From a virus (Duplodnaviria; Caudoviricetes), in the IMG/VR virus record IMGVR_UViG_3300050343_000162, positions 1 to 62,950 of that record: a stretch of DNA of 62,950 nucleotides. One strand, written 5' to 3'. The position numbers were made by a program, and so were the translations under genes. The notes under the pieces were generated by a model, which ran no database searches, had not been told where the DNA came from, and worked only from the letters and a program-made list of their open reading frames with translations. Numbering within the stretch: position 1 is the stretch's first letter; the number at the start of each line of letters is the position of its first letter. Shown here one piece after another: positions 21,873-34,345 of this stretch.

Positions 21873-23029
21873 ATGGATATTAAAGTAAGAGAAGTAACGG
21901 CTGATGAAAAATCAACTCAGCAAATAGAACAAGAACTCCTTGATAAGCATGAGGAGAAACAACAGTCAGAGACTGAACAAGAATCAATAGAGGTAAAGGC
22001 TGTAGAGCCAGAAGCAGAAGTTGAGGTTAAAGAAGATAATACACAGGAAGAAACTCCTGTTGAAGAGGTAGTTGAAGAACAACCTCCACAGCTAGAAGCT
22101 CAACCTGAATTAAATGAAGACGAAGTTCTTTCATATATTGGAAAAAGATACGGTAAGGAAATTAATTCTATTGATGAATTAGTTAGCAAACGTGAAGAAA
22201 GCGAACCGCTTCCAGAAGACGTTGCCGCTTACCTAAAGTATAAAAAAGAAACTGGACGTGGTTTTAATGATTTTGCAAAATTGCAAAAAGATTATTCTGA
22301 TTTAAGTCCAGATGCTTTGCTAAAAGAATATTATACTATAACAGAAGAAGGTTTAGACCCTGAAGATATAGATGATCTAATGGAAGATTATTTTTTTGAT
22401 GAAGAAATACATGAACCAACTGAGATTAAAAAAATAAAACTAGCAAAGAAAAAAGAGATTGCTAAAGCAAAAAAGTTTTTAAACAACAGCAAGAACAATA
22501 CAAACAGCCCCTTGAGTCAAGGGAAAGTTCTGCCTGCTGAAATGAATGAACTGATAGAATATAGGCAATATTTAGAGTCAGCTAAAACTCAAGAGGAGCA
22601 AGCAAATCATAAAAGACAATGGTTTGTCAAAAAAAGCGACGAAGTATTTAGCACCGAATTTAAAGGTTTTAAATTCAATGTAGGTGAAAATGATGTAGTT
22701 TATACTCCAGGCAGTGCTTCTGAACTTAAAAAAGCTCAAGAGACTCCACTAAATTTTGTAAATAAATTTTTGGATTCTAATGGGTTTTAAAAGATGCAGA
22801 AGGATATCACCGCTCTTTAGCAATTGCAATGAATCCTGAAAAGTTTGCTCAGTTCTTTTATGAACAAGGCAAATCGCAGGCAACAGATGATGTAATACGT
22901 AAAACGAAAAACATAAACATGAGTGAGCGTACTGCACCAGAGGTTACTACAAAATCAGGACTTCAAGTAAAATCAGTTTCACAACCTTCGAGTCGTGGAC
23001 TAAAAATTAAGAGTATTAAAAGAAGTTAA
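21873..23029 (+). CDS. Putative scaffolding protein (frameshifted)
   Basis: Very acidic N-terminus, located between portal and capsid, C-terminal AMNPEKFAQFFYEQGK. Confidence 0.7.
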
Positions 23030-23056
23030 TAATTTAAATAAATAAATAATAATATT

Positions 23057-24524
23057 ATGGCAGGACAAGTATTAGCAACCCCAGGGTTTGCTTTGACACC
23101 GAGTTCAGAAAGAACTCCAACACCGGAAAACTATTTAACTAATGCAGATTTCAATTGGTTGAATCAGTACTTACCAGATACTTACGAAAAAGAATTTGAA
23201 AGATATGGTAATAGAACAATCTCCTCATTCCTTAGAATGGTAGGAGCAGAAATGCCTACAAACTCAGACCTTATCAAATGGGCAGAGCAAGGTAGGTTAC
23301 ACACGAAATATACACAAGTAGGTTGTGCCGCTGCGAGCAGGAGGTAATGACCAAGTTGTATTTCAAGTAAATGATGCGCTAGACCCAGCAGCAGCTCAAC
23401 AAGTAATCAGAGTAGGACAAACTATTGTAGTTGTTCAAAACGATGGTTCAGGAGTTAACAAAGCGGTTGTAAGTGCAGTTAATAATGCCGGTGGTGGTAG
23501 AGGACAGTTCACAGCTGACTTTTACGAAGCAGGTGGTTTAGTAACTACAGGTACTGGAGTCGGTAACGCAGACGTTACAGTATTCATTTACGGTTCAGAA
23601 TTTAGAAAAGGAACAGCAGGAATGGTTGGTTCATTAGAAGCTAATGACTTCATCTTCGACAACAAGCCTATTATCATTAAAGATACTTACACAGTATCTG
23701 GTTCTGATATGGCTCAAATTGGTTGGGTTGAAATCACTACTGAAGATGGCGCAACTGGTTACCTATGGTACTTAAAGTCTGAGCACGAAACAAGATTAAG
23801 ATTCGATGACTATTTAGAAACAGCAATGATTGAAGCTGTACCTGCAGAGCAAAACTCTGGAGCTGCTGCTATCTTAGGTAGTGCCGGTGGTGCTGCTGAC
23901 CCAGGAGCTGGTTCAGATGGTATATTCTACGTAGTAGGATTAAGAGGAAATGTTTGGGATGGTGGAAATCCAGTAGCCCTAGCAGACTTCGATTCTATAA
24001 TCAGTAGATTAGATAAGCAAGGTTCTATTGAGGAAAACGTTATTTTCCTTAACAGACAATTTGGATTTGACATTGACGATATGTTAGCAGCACAAAACTC
24101 TTACGGAGCAGGTGGTACTTCTTATGGTCTATTTGACAATGACGAAGAAATGGCTTTAAACTTAGGATTCACAGGATTCAGAAGAGGTTACGACTTCTAT
24201 AAGACTGACTGGAAATACCTAAATGACCCTACAATGAGAGGTGGATTACCATCAGGAGCAACATCAGGGAAGATCAATGGTCTTCTAGTTCCAGCTGGTT
24301 CAACAAGTGTTTATGACCAAATTCTTGGTAAAAACGCTAAGAGACCTTTCTTACATGTTAGATATAGAGCTTCAGAAACTGAAGACAGAAGATATAAGAC
24401 TTGGATTACTGGTTCTGCTGGTGGTGCTGCAACGTCAGATATCGATAACATGCAAGTAAACTTCTTGTCTGAGAGAGCTGTATGTACTTTAGGTGCAAAC
24501 AACTTCTTCTTATTTCAAGACTAG
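23057..24524 (+). CDS. Major capsid protein (one frameshift near 23335)
   Basis: About 490 aa combined, follows scaffold, strong terminator after; QYLPDTYEKEFERYGNR, LNLGFTGFRRGYDFYK. Confidence 0.85.
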
Positions 24525-24537
24525 TAATTAAATATTA

Positions 24538-24563
24538 GGGGCGTAGCAATGCGCCCCTTTTTT
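24538..24563 (+). terminator. Rho-independent terminator after capsid gene
   Basis: ggggcgta-gcaa-tgcgcccc-tttttt. Confidence 0.85.
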
Positions 24564-24588
24564 AAATAATCAAATTAAATTAAATCAA

Positions 24589-25413
24589 ATGAAAAAAGAA
24601 AATACTACCCCAGAAGTAGTTGAGAAAGCTGAAACTAAAACAGTTGCTCAACCAAAACCAAAAAAACAATCACCTAAATTTGTTGACAAATCTTATAAGC
24701 TTACAAGAGAGGTTGCACCTTTATCTTTAATCTTAGCATCAAGGCATACTAATAGGTTTCCCTTATTGCATTTTGATGAAGAGACAGGAATTAACAGACC
24801 TTTAAGATATGCAAGAAATCAGAACAGTCCATTTCAAGACGAACAAGATGACAATGCTATTTTAGAGCCTGTAATATTTGAAGATGGATTTTTGTTTGTT
24901 CCAAAAAACAATCAAATACTACAAAAGTTTTTACATTATCATCCTGGTAATGGAAGAATATTTGTTGAAGTTAACAAAGCAAAAGAAGCTGCTGACCTTG
25001 TAGAAGATTTAAACTTAGAAGTTGATGCTCTTATAGAGGCTAGACAGTTAGATGTTGCGCAAGTGGAGAATGTTGCTAGAGTTTTATTTCAACAAGACGT
25101 TACTAAGGTAACAACTGCTGAGCTTAGACGAGATATATTAATATTTGCTAAACAAAACCCAGGTGGTTTTATGCAGCTATTGAGCGACCCTATGCTAAAA
25201 CTTAATGCAACGGTACAAGAGTTTTTAGATAAAAACTTAATACAGTTAAGAAATAGCAAAAAAGAAGTGTGGTTTAATACACCATCTAATAAAAAGAAAA
25301 TGTGTAATATACCATTTGGTGAAGATCCAATGTATATTATGACATCTTTTTTTCAAAGTGATGATGGACTAGAAGTATTTAAACACTTAAAAGCATTAGC
25401 TAAAAATTCGTAA
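24589..25413 (+). CDS. Hypothetical protein in head module
   Basis: 274-aa intact ORF after the capsid gene. Confidence 0.8.
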   Translation: MKKENTTPEVVEKAETKTVAQPKPKKQSPKFVDKSYKLTREVAPLSLILASRHTNRFPLLHFDEETGINRPLRYARNQNSPFQDEQDDNAILEPVIFEDGFLFVPKNNQILQKFLHYHPGNGRIFVEVNKAKEAADLVEDLNLEVDALIEARQLDVAQVENVARVLFQQDVTKVTTAELRRDILIFAKQNPGGFMQLLSDPMLKLNATVQEFLDKNLIQLRNSKKEVWFNTPSNKKKMCNIPFGEDPMYIMTSFFQSDDGLEVFKHLKALAKNS

Positions 25414-25452
25414 CTTTACGACTTGTTTAACCCATTAAAAACTTTTTATAAA

Positions 25453-25731
25453 ATGGAAAAATTTATCAAAATTACAAACGCTCCTATTACTAATGCACTA
25501 ATTAGTGTTAACGGAATAAAGTCAATAGGTACTGCAACAGCAACTGCAACAACTGTGGTAATTAAGTATGCAGACGGAACAGCAACTACAGTAACAACTG
25601 CAGCACAAGTTGGTCATGATGTTTATACAGCTATCCTAAATGCTACTGAAGGCGCTTTAGTTACAAGCTGGACAAACCCAATGTTTTCTTTAGCTTTACC
25701 TAAAGCTGTAACAAGTATTGTAAATGCTTAA
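25453..25731 (+). CDS. Small Thr/Ala-rich putative virion protein
   Basis: Likely start MEKFIKIT; followed by a terminator. Confidence 0.6.
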   Translation: MEKFIKITNAPITNALISVNGIKSIGTATATATTVVIKYADGTATTVTTAAQVGHDVYTAILNATEGALVTSWTNPMFSLALPKAVTSIVNA

Positions 25732-25761
25732 CTAGTTTAAGTATTGTACTAAATTAAGAAG

Positions 25762-25787
25762 AAGCACCCAAATAAGGGTGCTTTTTT
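25762..25787 (+). terminator. Rho-independent terminator
   Basis: aagcaccc-aaataa-gggtgctt-tttt. Confidence 0.8.
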
Positions 25788-25795
25788 ATTTTGTG

Positions 25796-25803
25796 TATCT
25801 TTG
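25796..25803 (+). promoter_or_regulatory. -7 promoter element TATCTTTG
   Basis: Immediately after the terminator, before tail ring genes. Confidence 0.6.
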
Positions 25804-25818
25804 TAAAAAGATTTTCAA

Positions 25819-26551
25819 ATGATAAATTCTGTAAGAAATACTGTGCTTGCTATTATCAACAAAAATAACTATGGGTATATATCTCCTAGTGATTTTAATT
25901 TGTTTGCTAAACAAGCACAGTTAGATTTGTTTGACGAATATTTTATAAATTATAATCAGCAAATTAACGAGGAAAATGCAAGGGTTTCGGGAACGGGATA
26001 TGCTGATATAAAACTTGGTTATGAAGAAGTGATTGATACTTTTTCTGTTACAAAAACTTTAGTACAAAACTCTAATAACATATATTATCTTCCTAGTCAA
26101 ACGACTACTGGTGATGATTATTATTTATTAAATAAAGTTCTGTGTTTTGAGGGAGGTGTTTAAAGGGTCAAGCTGAAAAAGTTAGTATTAATAAAATAGA
26201 TTTGTTAAATAAATCTCTTTTAACCGCTCCCTCATCTCAATATCCAGCATATACTCAAAAGGGAGATTCTATAACTATTTTTCCTGATACATTCAATGGA
26301 GCTTTAGATATACAAGCACAACTTACGTTCGATATCCATTAGACCCAAAATGGACTTATGTTACTTTATATAATGGTGAACCTTTGTTTGACCAAACGCA
26401 AAGTGATTACCAAGATTTTGAATTACCGATTGATGACTCTAATAATTTAGTAGCAAGAATATTACAATATGCAGGTATATCAATAAGAGAAGCTGATGTA
26501 TTTCAGTTTGGACAAATAGAAGAGCAACAACAAAATCAAACTAATACATAA
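25819..26551 (+). CDS. Head-tail adaptor/tail ring protein (frameshifted)
   Basis: MINSVRNTVLAIINKNNYGYISPSDFNLFAKQAQL...QDFELP...ILQYAGISIRE. Confidence 0.65.
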
Positions 26552-26553
26552 TT

Positions 26554-27474
26554 ATGGCATATATAAATCAACGAAAATATTATACTAATGATGGGGTTGC
26601 ACCCACAGATAGTAATTGGGGGTCTTATCAATACGTAAGCTTGGATAACATAATGACTAATTTTGAATTAATGTATGATGGAAATCATTCGTTAGTTAAT
26701 AATGAAAATAGATATAAGATATTATTTCACGCAAAGAGAGCAATTCAAGAATTAAACTACGATGCTTTTAAAGAAATAAAAGCATTAGAGTTAACAGTAT
26801 ATGATGATTTGCGTTTTGTTTTACCATCTGATTATGTAAACTGGGTAAAGCTTTATTTGTTTCAAGGTAACACCTTAAGAGAATTAACTGAAAATATTCA
26901 AGTACAATCTTCCATTCAATACCTACAAAACTCTACTGCTGTTTTTGGGTATGATGGAAATAATAATGTATCAACTATAGAGTCAAATTTAGATACTGCA
27001 AGAAAAGATGGGTCTTTAAATAGTATTTATTTAAATCAAAATAATGAAGCGGATGAGAACGGTAACTGTATTGATTGTGATGGCGACATATACAATTCTC
27101 GTATTGGAGCTAGATATGGTTTAAATACAGAAACAGCCAACATTAATCCTACTTTTACTATTGATAAAAAAGCTGGTGTTATTAATTTTGATTCAACTAT
27201 GGCCAATAGACAATGTGTGTTACAATACATATCTGATGGAATGGAAAATGGTGATGACTCACAAATAAGTGTAAATAAATTATTTGAAGATTATATTTAT
27301 GCTTATATACAATATGCTATATTAAATAGTAAATTTGGAGTGCAAGAGTATATTATTAATAGAGCAAGAAAAAACAAACAAGCTTTATTAAGAAATGCTA
27401 AAATCAGATTAAGTAACATTCACCCAAGTAGATTGCTTATGAATCTTAGAGGTGAAGATAAGTGGATAAAATAA
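26554..27474 (+). CDS. Tail ring/tubular structural protein
   Basis: AKRAIQEL.YD, LPSDYVNWVKL, LQYISDG pattern of podoviral ring proteins. Confidence 0.65.
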   Translation: MAYINQRKYYTNDGVAPTDSNWGSYQYVSLDNIMTNFELMYDGNHSLVNNENRYKILFHAKRAIQELNYDAFKEIKALELTVYDDLRFVLPSDYVNWVKLYLFQGNTLRELTENIQVQSSIQYLQNSTAVFGYDGNNNVSTIESNLDTARKDGSLNSIYLNQNNEADENGNCIDCDGDIYNSRIGARYGLNTETANINPTFTIDKKAGVINFDSTMANRQCVLQYISDGMENGDDSQISVNKLFEDYIYAYIQYAILNSKFGVQEYIINRARKNKQALLRNAKIRLSNIHPSRLLMNLRGEDKWIK

Positions 27475-27475
27475 A

Positions 27476-30400
27476 ATGGCAAACATTCAAAGAAATTTTG
27501 TAGCTGGGCGTATGAATAAAAGCCTTGACGAAAGGCTTATACCAAACGGAGAGTATATAGATGCTTTGAATGTTAGACTTGGTTCTACTGAAGAATCAGA
27601 AATAGGGGCTGTTGAAAATGCTAAGGGTAATACTACAGGTTACATCACTACAATATATAGACGGTACTGCACTAAGCAGCTCAGCTAGATGTATAGGAGC
27701 TTTTGAAGATGGTGCAAATGAAACTATTTATTGGTTTGTTCACGACCCTGCATTTACTGTAGGAGCAACTGGTAAATTAGATTTAATTGTTTCTTATAAT
27801 GTAATAACAGGCTCTCTTATTTATCATGTTATTAGTATTAATTCTGGTGATAATACAAATACTACTTTAAATTTTAATCCAAATTTTTTTAATAACATCT
27901 GTAAATAAAATAGATAATTTAATTTTTTTTACAGATAATTTAAATGCTCCAAGAGTAATTAATATAGATTTTAATTACTCTGTTCCATTTAATAATGTAG
28001 ACCAATTTAGCAATGAAGAAATTTTAGTAATAAAAAAACCGCCTCTGGCTGCACCAACATTAAATTTATTAAGCACTACTTTAGAAGATTCTTTTTTAGA
28101 AGATAATTTTATTTGTTTTGCTTATAGATATAAATATTCAAATGGCGAATATTCAGCTGTTTCGCAGTTTAGTGAACCTGCTTTTGACCCAAGTTTTTTT
28201 GAATTTTCTTCAAATAGTTTTTTAAACGAAGGAATGGTTAACTCCAAAAATGGAGTACAAATTACATATAATACGGGAAGTTCATTAGTAGTTGGTATAG
28301 ATTTATTATTTAAAGAAGCAAACGATCCTACTATAAAAATAATTGAAAAAATAAAAAAATCACCATTAGGACCACATAACACTAATGCAACTTATGTTTT
28401 TACAAACAGTAAAATATTTACTGTTCTTCCTGAAAGTGAAATATTAAGATTATATGATAATGTACCTAGACAAGCGAAAGCTCAAACTTTAATGGGTAAT
28501 AGATTGATTTATGGTAATTATACAGAAGGATATAATTTAATAGATATAAATAATCAACCACTAAATTTACAATTACACTGTTGCTTTAGACACTGAAGAT
28601 GCTAGTGGAGGTAGATTTAAATTCATCTAATTTATTGACATTTACTTATGACAGCTTTTGGTAATAATCAAAACATAAATACGGCTGGGTTTACTTTTGA
28701 TTTAGGTGGATATGAAAGTAAATTAATTCAAGGAGCTAATTAAATTTTCTTTTACTTATCAACATTTATCTTACAATAATGGGACAGATACCCAACTCAA
28801 CTGCAAGGAGAAACCCTAATTAATTTTCAATATGTTTTAGTTGATAATTATACTACAGTTTCAGCTTATATAATAGCTCAGATTTTCAATCAAAAATAGG
28901 GTTTAATAAGTTCTCAATTCAAACTGTAGCAGATGCTCAAAATGGTTTAGGTGCTAACGTTAACTGATGCGTTTAATTTTTCTTTATCACCAACTTTTCA
29001 GGTGGGGGAGTTAGTTAATATCTATAAATCAAACTGGATTAACTTCAAGCACAAGCTCAGTTCCTCCATCCTAATAAAGGTGAACCAATAATTCAATTTT
29101 AGTCGGAACTGAAATACAACTTTTATTTCCTGTAGCTCAATATATTCAAACATCACCAGGAACAAGTAATTTAATTGTATCATACAATACCTTTACATCT
29201 ATTAGTGCTACATTACAAGCTACTGCAGATTTACAAAGCTTACATAGTAATAGAGGTTATGAATTAGGAATAGTATACATGGATGAATATAACAGAGCTT
29301 CGACAGCTTTAGTTAGCAATAATAACACAGTAAATATTCCGTGCAGAAACTCTAAACTTTAAATAAAATTATTGCTACAATACCAACTACCCAAAGAGCT
29401 CCTTCTTGGGCAACAAGATATAAGTTTTGTTTAAAACCAGATAGAACAACTTATGAGACCATATATTCAAGCATATTTATTAATGACCCAAATTCAATAA
29501 TACTTTTTATTATTAGAAGGAGATAATATTGCTAAAGTTGAAGAAGGCGATAGATTAATTGTAAAAAGAGATGCTAACGGCCCGGTTGACAATCTTGTGT
29601 ATTATGCAACTGTTTTAGAAAAACAAACACAAGTCTGCGGACTTTATTACCCCTGCTAGTGGAAATCCTGTTCCAGGAGGAACATATATGAAAATGAACA
29701 TCTCAAGATTTTTCTACTGAGGAAAGTGCTATTGATATTATTTCTTTAGGAACTTTTCAGCAAAAAGCAGATAATCCTAATGAAAATCCAGTAGCAGCAT
29801 ATCCTTTTATACACTCAGAAACAGATGGAGCAACAAGCACAAATTATTAATGTGCCTAGCGGAAGTAGAATAGTAATGAAAATAAAACAAAGAAGAGAGG
29901 TGGGGGTGGGCCATGTGAAGAAAGAGACTAGTGTAATAGAAGAACAATTTATTGCGCAAGATACTTACACAGATATGTATCAATGGTTTATTGGCGATAA
30001 CAATGCAACATATGTAATAGAAAATAATGCTACTACTTATAGTGGAAACCTTTTCATGACCCGGTAGGAAACGTTGTTATTTCAGGTTTAGTTCCTGGTT
30101 CACCTACAGGTACTCCAGAAACAAATGGATACGCAGGAAATAATTTAGGTAATTGAACAATGTACACTATATTTGGAGGACAATCAAACAGCCCATCGAC
30201 GTGAAAGTGATTTACTTTTAAATAACTATTATAGGTTTTATGAAAAAAATACAAACAATACATATTCAATTTTTGTAAGCGGAACTGAAGCTTGTAATAA
30301 TGCTAGTACAGGAAGTAGATATAGGTCTCGTGTTGAAATTACTTTTACTGTTTTAGAAGAGATTCTGTGATTGTTTTTGAAACTGAACCACAAGAAGCTT

Positions 30401-33400
30401 TACCTGATGTGTGGTATGAAAATGAAGAATCATTTTCTATTGATTCAAAGGAAATCATAGTGGTAACATAACTAATCAAGATATATCTACAGGTGTTGCT
30501 GGAGTAGTTAATACAAATTTTTTAATTGTTTTGCTTTTGGTAATGGTGTAGAAAGTTATAAAATAAGAGATTCTTTAAATGGTAAATCTTTTAATTTAGG
30601 TAATAGAGTATTTACAACTTCTAACGTAGAATATAAAGAAGCTCATAGGTTTGCTGATTTAACTTATAGTGGTGTATATAATGATGAAACTAATGTTAAT
30701 AAATTAAATGAATTTAATTTAGGTTTAGCTAAATTTTAAACCACTTGAAGAAAGTTATGGGGATGTTGAAATATTATATGCAAGAAGAACTGATATACTT
30801 AGTTTTACAAGAAGATAAAATATCATACGTATTAGCATCTAAAAATATTATATCTGATTCTACTGGAGGAGGTTTAGTAGCTTCAGTTCCAGAAGTTTTA
30901 GGAAATCAAATAGCACGTATAGAAAACTATGGTATTAGTAATAACCCAGAAAGTTTTGTGGCTTGGGGTGAAAATAAATATTTTACTGATGTTAAAAGAG
31001 GTGCTGTAACTTCAATTAATGGGTGGCTCTGCTTCAGATGAAAGACTTATAGTTATATCTGAAACTGGAATGAGAAGCTGGTTTAGAGATTTATTTACAG
31101 AGCATTTACTACTCAAAAATTAGGAGGTTACGACCCTTACATGGATGAGTATGTTTTAACTTCAAATACAATATTAAAACCTGAAATACCAGTTTGTTTA
31201 GCGTGTGGTGTTACTAAAGATATAACAATAATAGCTAATCAAGACTTTGTTTATTGTGTAGATGTTACTGAGCAAACAGGAACTGTAACAGTAAGTTATG
31301 TAATCCCACAAGAAGGAGAGCAAGATATTGAAAGCGAAACTAGCGTATTGATGACAGATGAATCTGGAATTCAACTAATTACAGAGGGTCTCAATCTCAA
31401 ATTGGTTATACAATAAAAGCTATATATAAAGGTGTAACATATACATCAGGTTCTGTTACTGCTTCAGGTAGTTTTACATTTGATAAAAATGTTCCAAGTG
31501 TAGAAGAGGTTACATAGTGGTTAGTTCAAATTCAGACCAAAACGATACTATTCAAATAAATGTAAGTTGTCCAGAGAGCAGGCGCATTAAACATATATAA
31601 CATTTGTGTTACTGACCCACTTGAAGCTGGACAATTTATACACAACGAATTTAGTTGGACTGACGGAACTACTGTTTCACCAATAGAATCTAATTTAGTA
31701 GAATTTACAAGCACATCTTCTTCTTTTGCTATATCACAATACCAGTTATTTTCTGGACCACAGGGAAGTGGAGTTTTCCAACTGACGGGTCTACTGTAAC
31801 TGTATCTTCAAACAAAATTAATTTTGATGATTTTGTATTTAACCCTTCAACAGATAGATTAAAATATTTAAGAACAAACACTTTTTATCAAAATAATGTA
31901 ACAGACATAACAAGTTTACTTTCTTTAGCAATTGATGCAACACCAATATCTACAGTTGGCGCTCCAACAATTTATTCGGTAGATTTCACTATGCCAGCAA
32001 GCGGAAGTATTTTATATTTAGTGTGGGATTATAGGTCTACAGCATCTCCAACGCCAACACCTACGCCTACACCAACTTCCACTGGCCCAACGCCGACTCC
32101 GACTCAGACGCCTACGCCGACTCCGACTCCGACTCCGACTCCGACTCCTGGTCCAACACCAACTCCGACACCGGTTGGTCCAAGCCCAACTCCGACTCCG
32201 ACTCCTGGCCCAACACCAACTCCGACTCCTGGTCCGAGCCCAACACCTGGTCCGAGCCCAACACCTGGTCCAACGCCTACTCCAGGTCCAACGCCTAGTC
32301 CTTCTACTAGTTGTAGTGAGTGGACGCTAGCTTGTCCAAGTGGAAGCAGTGGATGTGGTTATTCCTACACTGATTGTGATGGAAACACTCAATCAGGAGT
32401 ATTACCTGGAGATTATGATATAGACGTTTGTGTATTAGACGGAACAACACCTATTATTAGTAATGGTAGTGCAAACAATACAAATATAGCTTGTCAACCT
32501 ACACCATCGCCTAGTCCTGGACCAACACCAACACCAACACCAACTGGTCCAAGTCCAACACCTACACCTTCTGCAAATTGTACGGAGTGGGTATTAGCTT
32601 GTCCAAGTGGTTCAGGAGGATGTAACTTTAGTTATACTAATTGTGATGGAGATGTTATAAGCGGATCATTAGCACCAGACTTTGATGTAGATGTATGTGT
32701 GTTAGTTGGAACAACCCCTACAGTAACCGGAGGTAGCGCTAATGACACTGGTGTAAGTTGTCCTACACCATCGCCTGGACCTAGTCCATCGCCTAGTCCG
32801 TCACCTAGTCCATCGCCTAACCCTGGACCTAGTCCTACACCTACCCCGACGCCAACACCTGTACCATCACCAGCTTGTACAGAGTGGACGTTAACGTGTC
32901 CTAGCGGAGGAACAGGATGTAGCTATTCTTATACAGATTGTGACGGAAACACTCAGACAGGAAATTTACCAGGCGATTATGATATTGATGTTTGTGTTCA
33001 AACTGGAACCACTCCAAATGTAAATGGAGGAACAGCCTCTAATACAAACGTCGCTTGTGTTCCACCACCAGCGCCTACACCTACACCTGTAGCGCCTACA
33101 CCTACACCTACACCTGTAGCGCCTAGTCCTACACCAACGCCTAGTCCTACACCGAGTCCAGTTGCACCGACGCCTACACCAACACCTGTAGCACCGACAC
33201 CTACGCCTACACCTACTATATCGTATGATGATTATACAATTACAAGGTGTGATGGAGGATTTAATAATTATACTGTAGGTAGAGCAGTGGCGGGAACATT
33301 CCCAACCAATTCTGTGCTGTTGATGCCAGATGGTAACTGTTATGAAATAATTGACCCTACTGGAACATTAGGTACAATAGCTAATGCAATATACTCGAAT

Positions 33401-33865
33401 TGTTCTGCATGTTCAACGCCTACGCCTAGTCCTACGCCTACGCCTACGCCTACTATACCTAGTCCTACGCCTAGTCCTACGCCTAGTCCTACGCCAAGCC
33501 CTACGCCAAGCCCTACACCAAGTCCTACGCCTACGCCAACTGTGCCAAGCCCTACACCTACGCCGGTGCCGGTGCCGTCTCCAACCCCTGCGCCAAGACC
33601 TACGCCTACACCTACAGCGTGTATTGGAATTGAAGTTGGATACTCCACAGGTCTTTATTACGGTTGTTGTGCACCTCCAGATAATAGTGGTATTAAATAC
33701 TTTAATGCAAATTCTATAGCTACAGCTACAAGAATGTATGATGGGTTTACTTGCTCTACACTTGAGAGCGGAACAATTTATGTTAGTGAGTTTGGTTCTA
33801 CTTATTATGAATTTTTCAACGGAGTTAAAACTGCAGGACCAATATCTTGTCCATCATGTCCGTAA
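27476..33865 (+). CDS. Tail nozzle/stabilization protein with C-terminal Pro/Thr-rich, Cys-repeat extension (heavily frameshifted; 31991..33865 intact)
   Basis: N-terminal [28 protein letters not shown]; GNRLIYGNY; [10 protein letters not shown]; continues via LYLVWDYR into (PT)n tracts. Confidence 0.7.
32045..33620 (+). repeat. Pro-Thr/Pro-Ser coding tracts interspersed with three ~60-aa Cys-rich repeats
   Basis: ccgact/cctacg/cctagt hexamer arrays; CxEWxLxCPSGxxGCxxSYTxCDG repeats near 32312, 32579 and 32876. Confidence 0.95.
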
Positions 33866-34291
33866 AAACAAAAGAGTTTATACATAAAGTCAATAAACAT
33901 TTAAATGGCAATGTAATTGTTTTAGGCGGTTGGTCTAAACATTTTAATGGTTACATAGAGAATTATGACAAACACTGGATAGATATAAGTATTACTCCTG
34001 AATCTGTAGATTTAGTTTGTGAGTTAGGATTAAAATTAGATATAAATGGAGGTCATTCCTGGGGAGGATCATATAATAAATCAATTTACTGTCATGTGTG
34101 GTGTTAAACCAAACCGATATTTTTTAGATGTTTTTGTGTCAAATAAATTAGAGGGGTATAAAGAAATAAATGATTTAAAAATATTAACACCTCAAGCAAA
34201 TATAAAGTGGCATAAAGAAGCTTATGATATGCTTCAATACGAATGGTTGTCAGAAAAAATTACGAATCTAAAAAACCTTTACAATATTTAA
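33856..34291 (+). CDS. Nucleotidyltransferase-fold-like protein (frameshift in the G-run near 34061)
   Basis: IVLGGWS...WIDISI...LDVF resembles a degenerate Pol-beta NTase motif. Confidence 0.4.
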
Positions 34292-34345
34292 TATTTTTTT
34301 AATTGGTTTATAATTAATAACTTTAATTAAATTTAATCTAATCTA

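Noticed and set aside
17144-24524. terL, portal, scaffold and capsid as pseudogenes or programmed frameshifts
   Set aside because: Essential genes with intact motifs; breaks are scattered single-base indels, often in homopolymers, typical of long-read error
32045-33620. CRISPR array or DNA-level satellite
   Set aside because: Repeats are degenerate at third codon positions and encode PT/PS dipeptides; no repeat-spacer structure
33340-33719. VGLG-repeat and LRLRL-repeat ORFs (also 37941..38253)
   Set aside because: Alternative-frame translations of the Pro/Thr tracts
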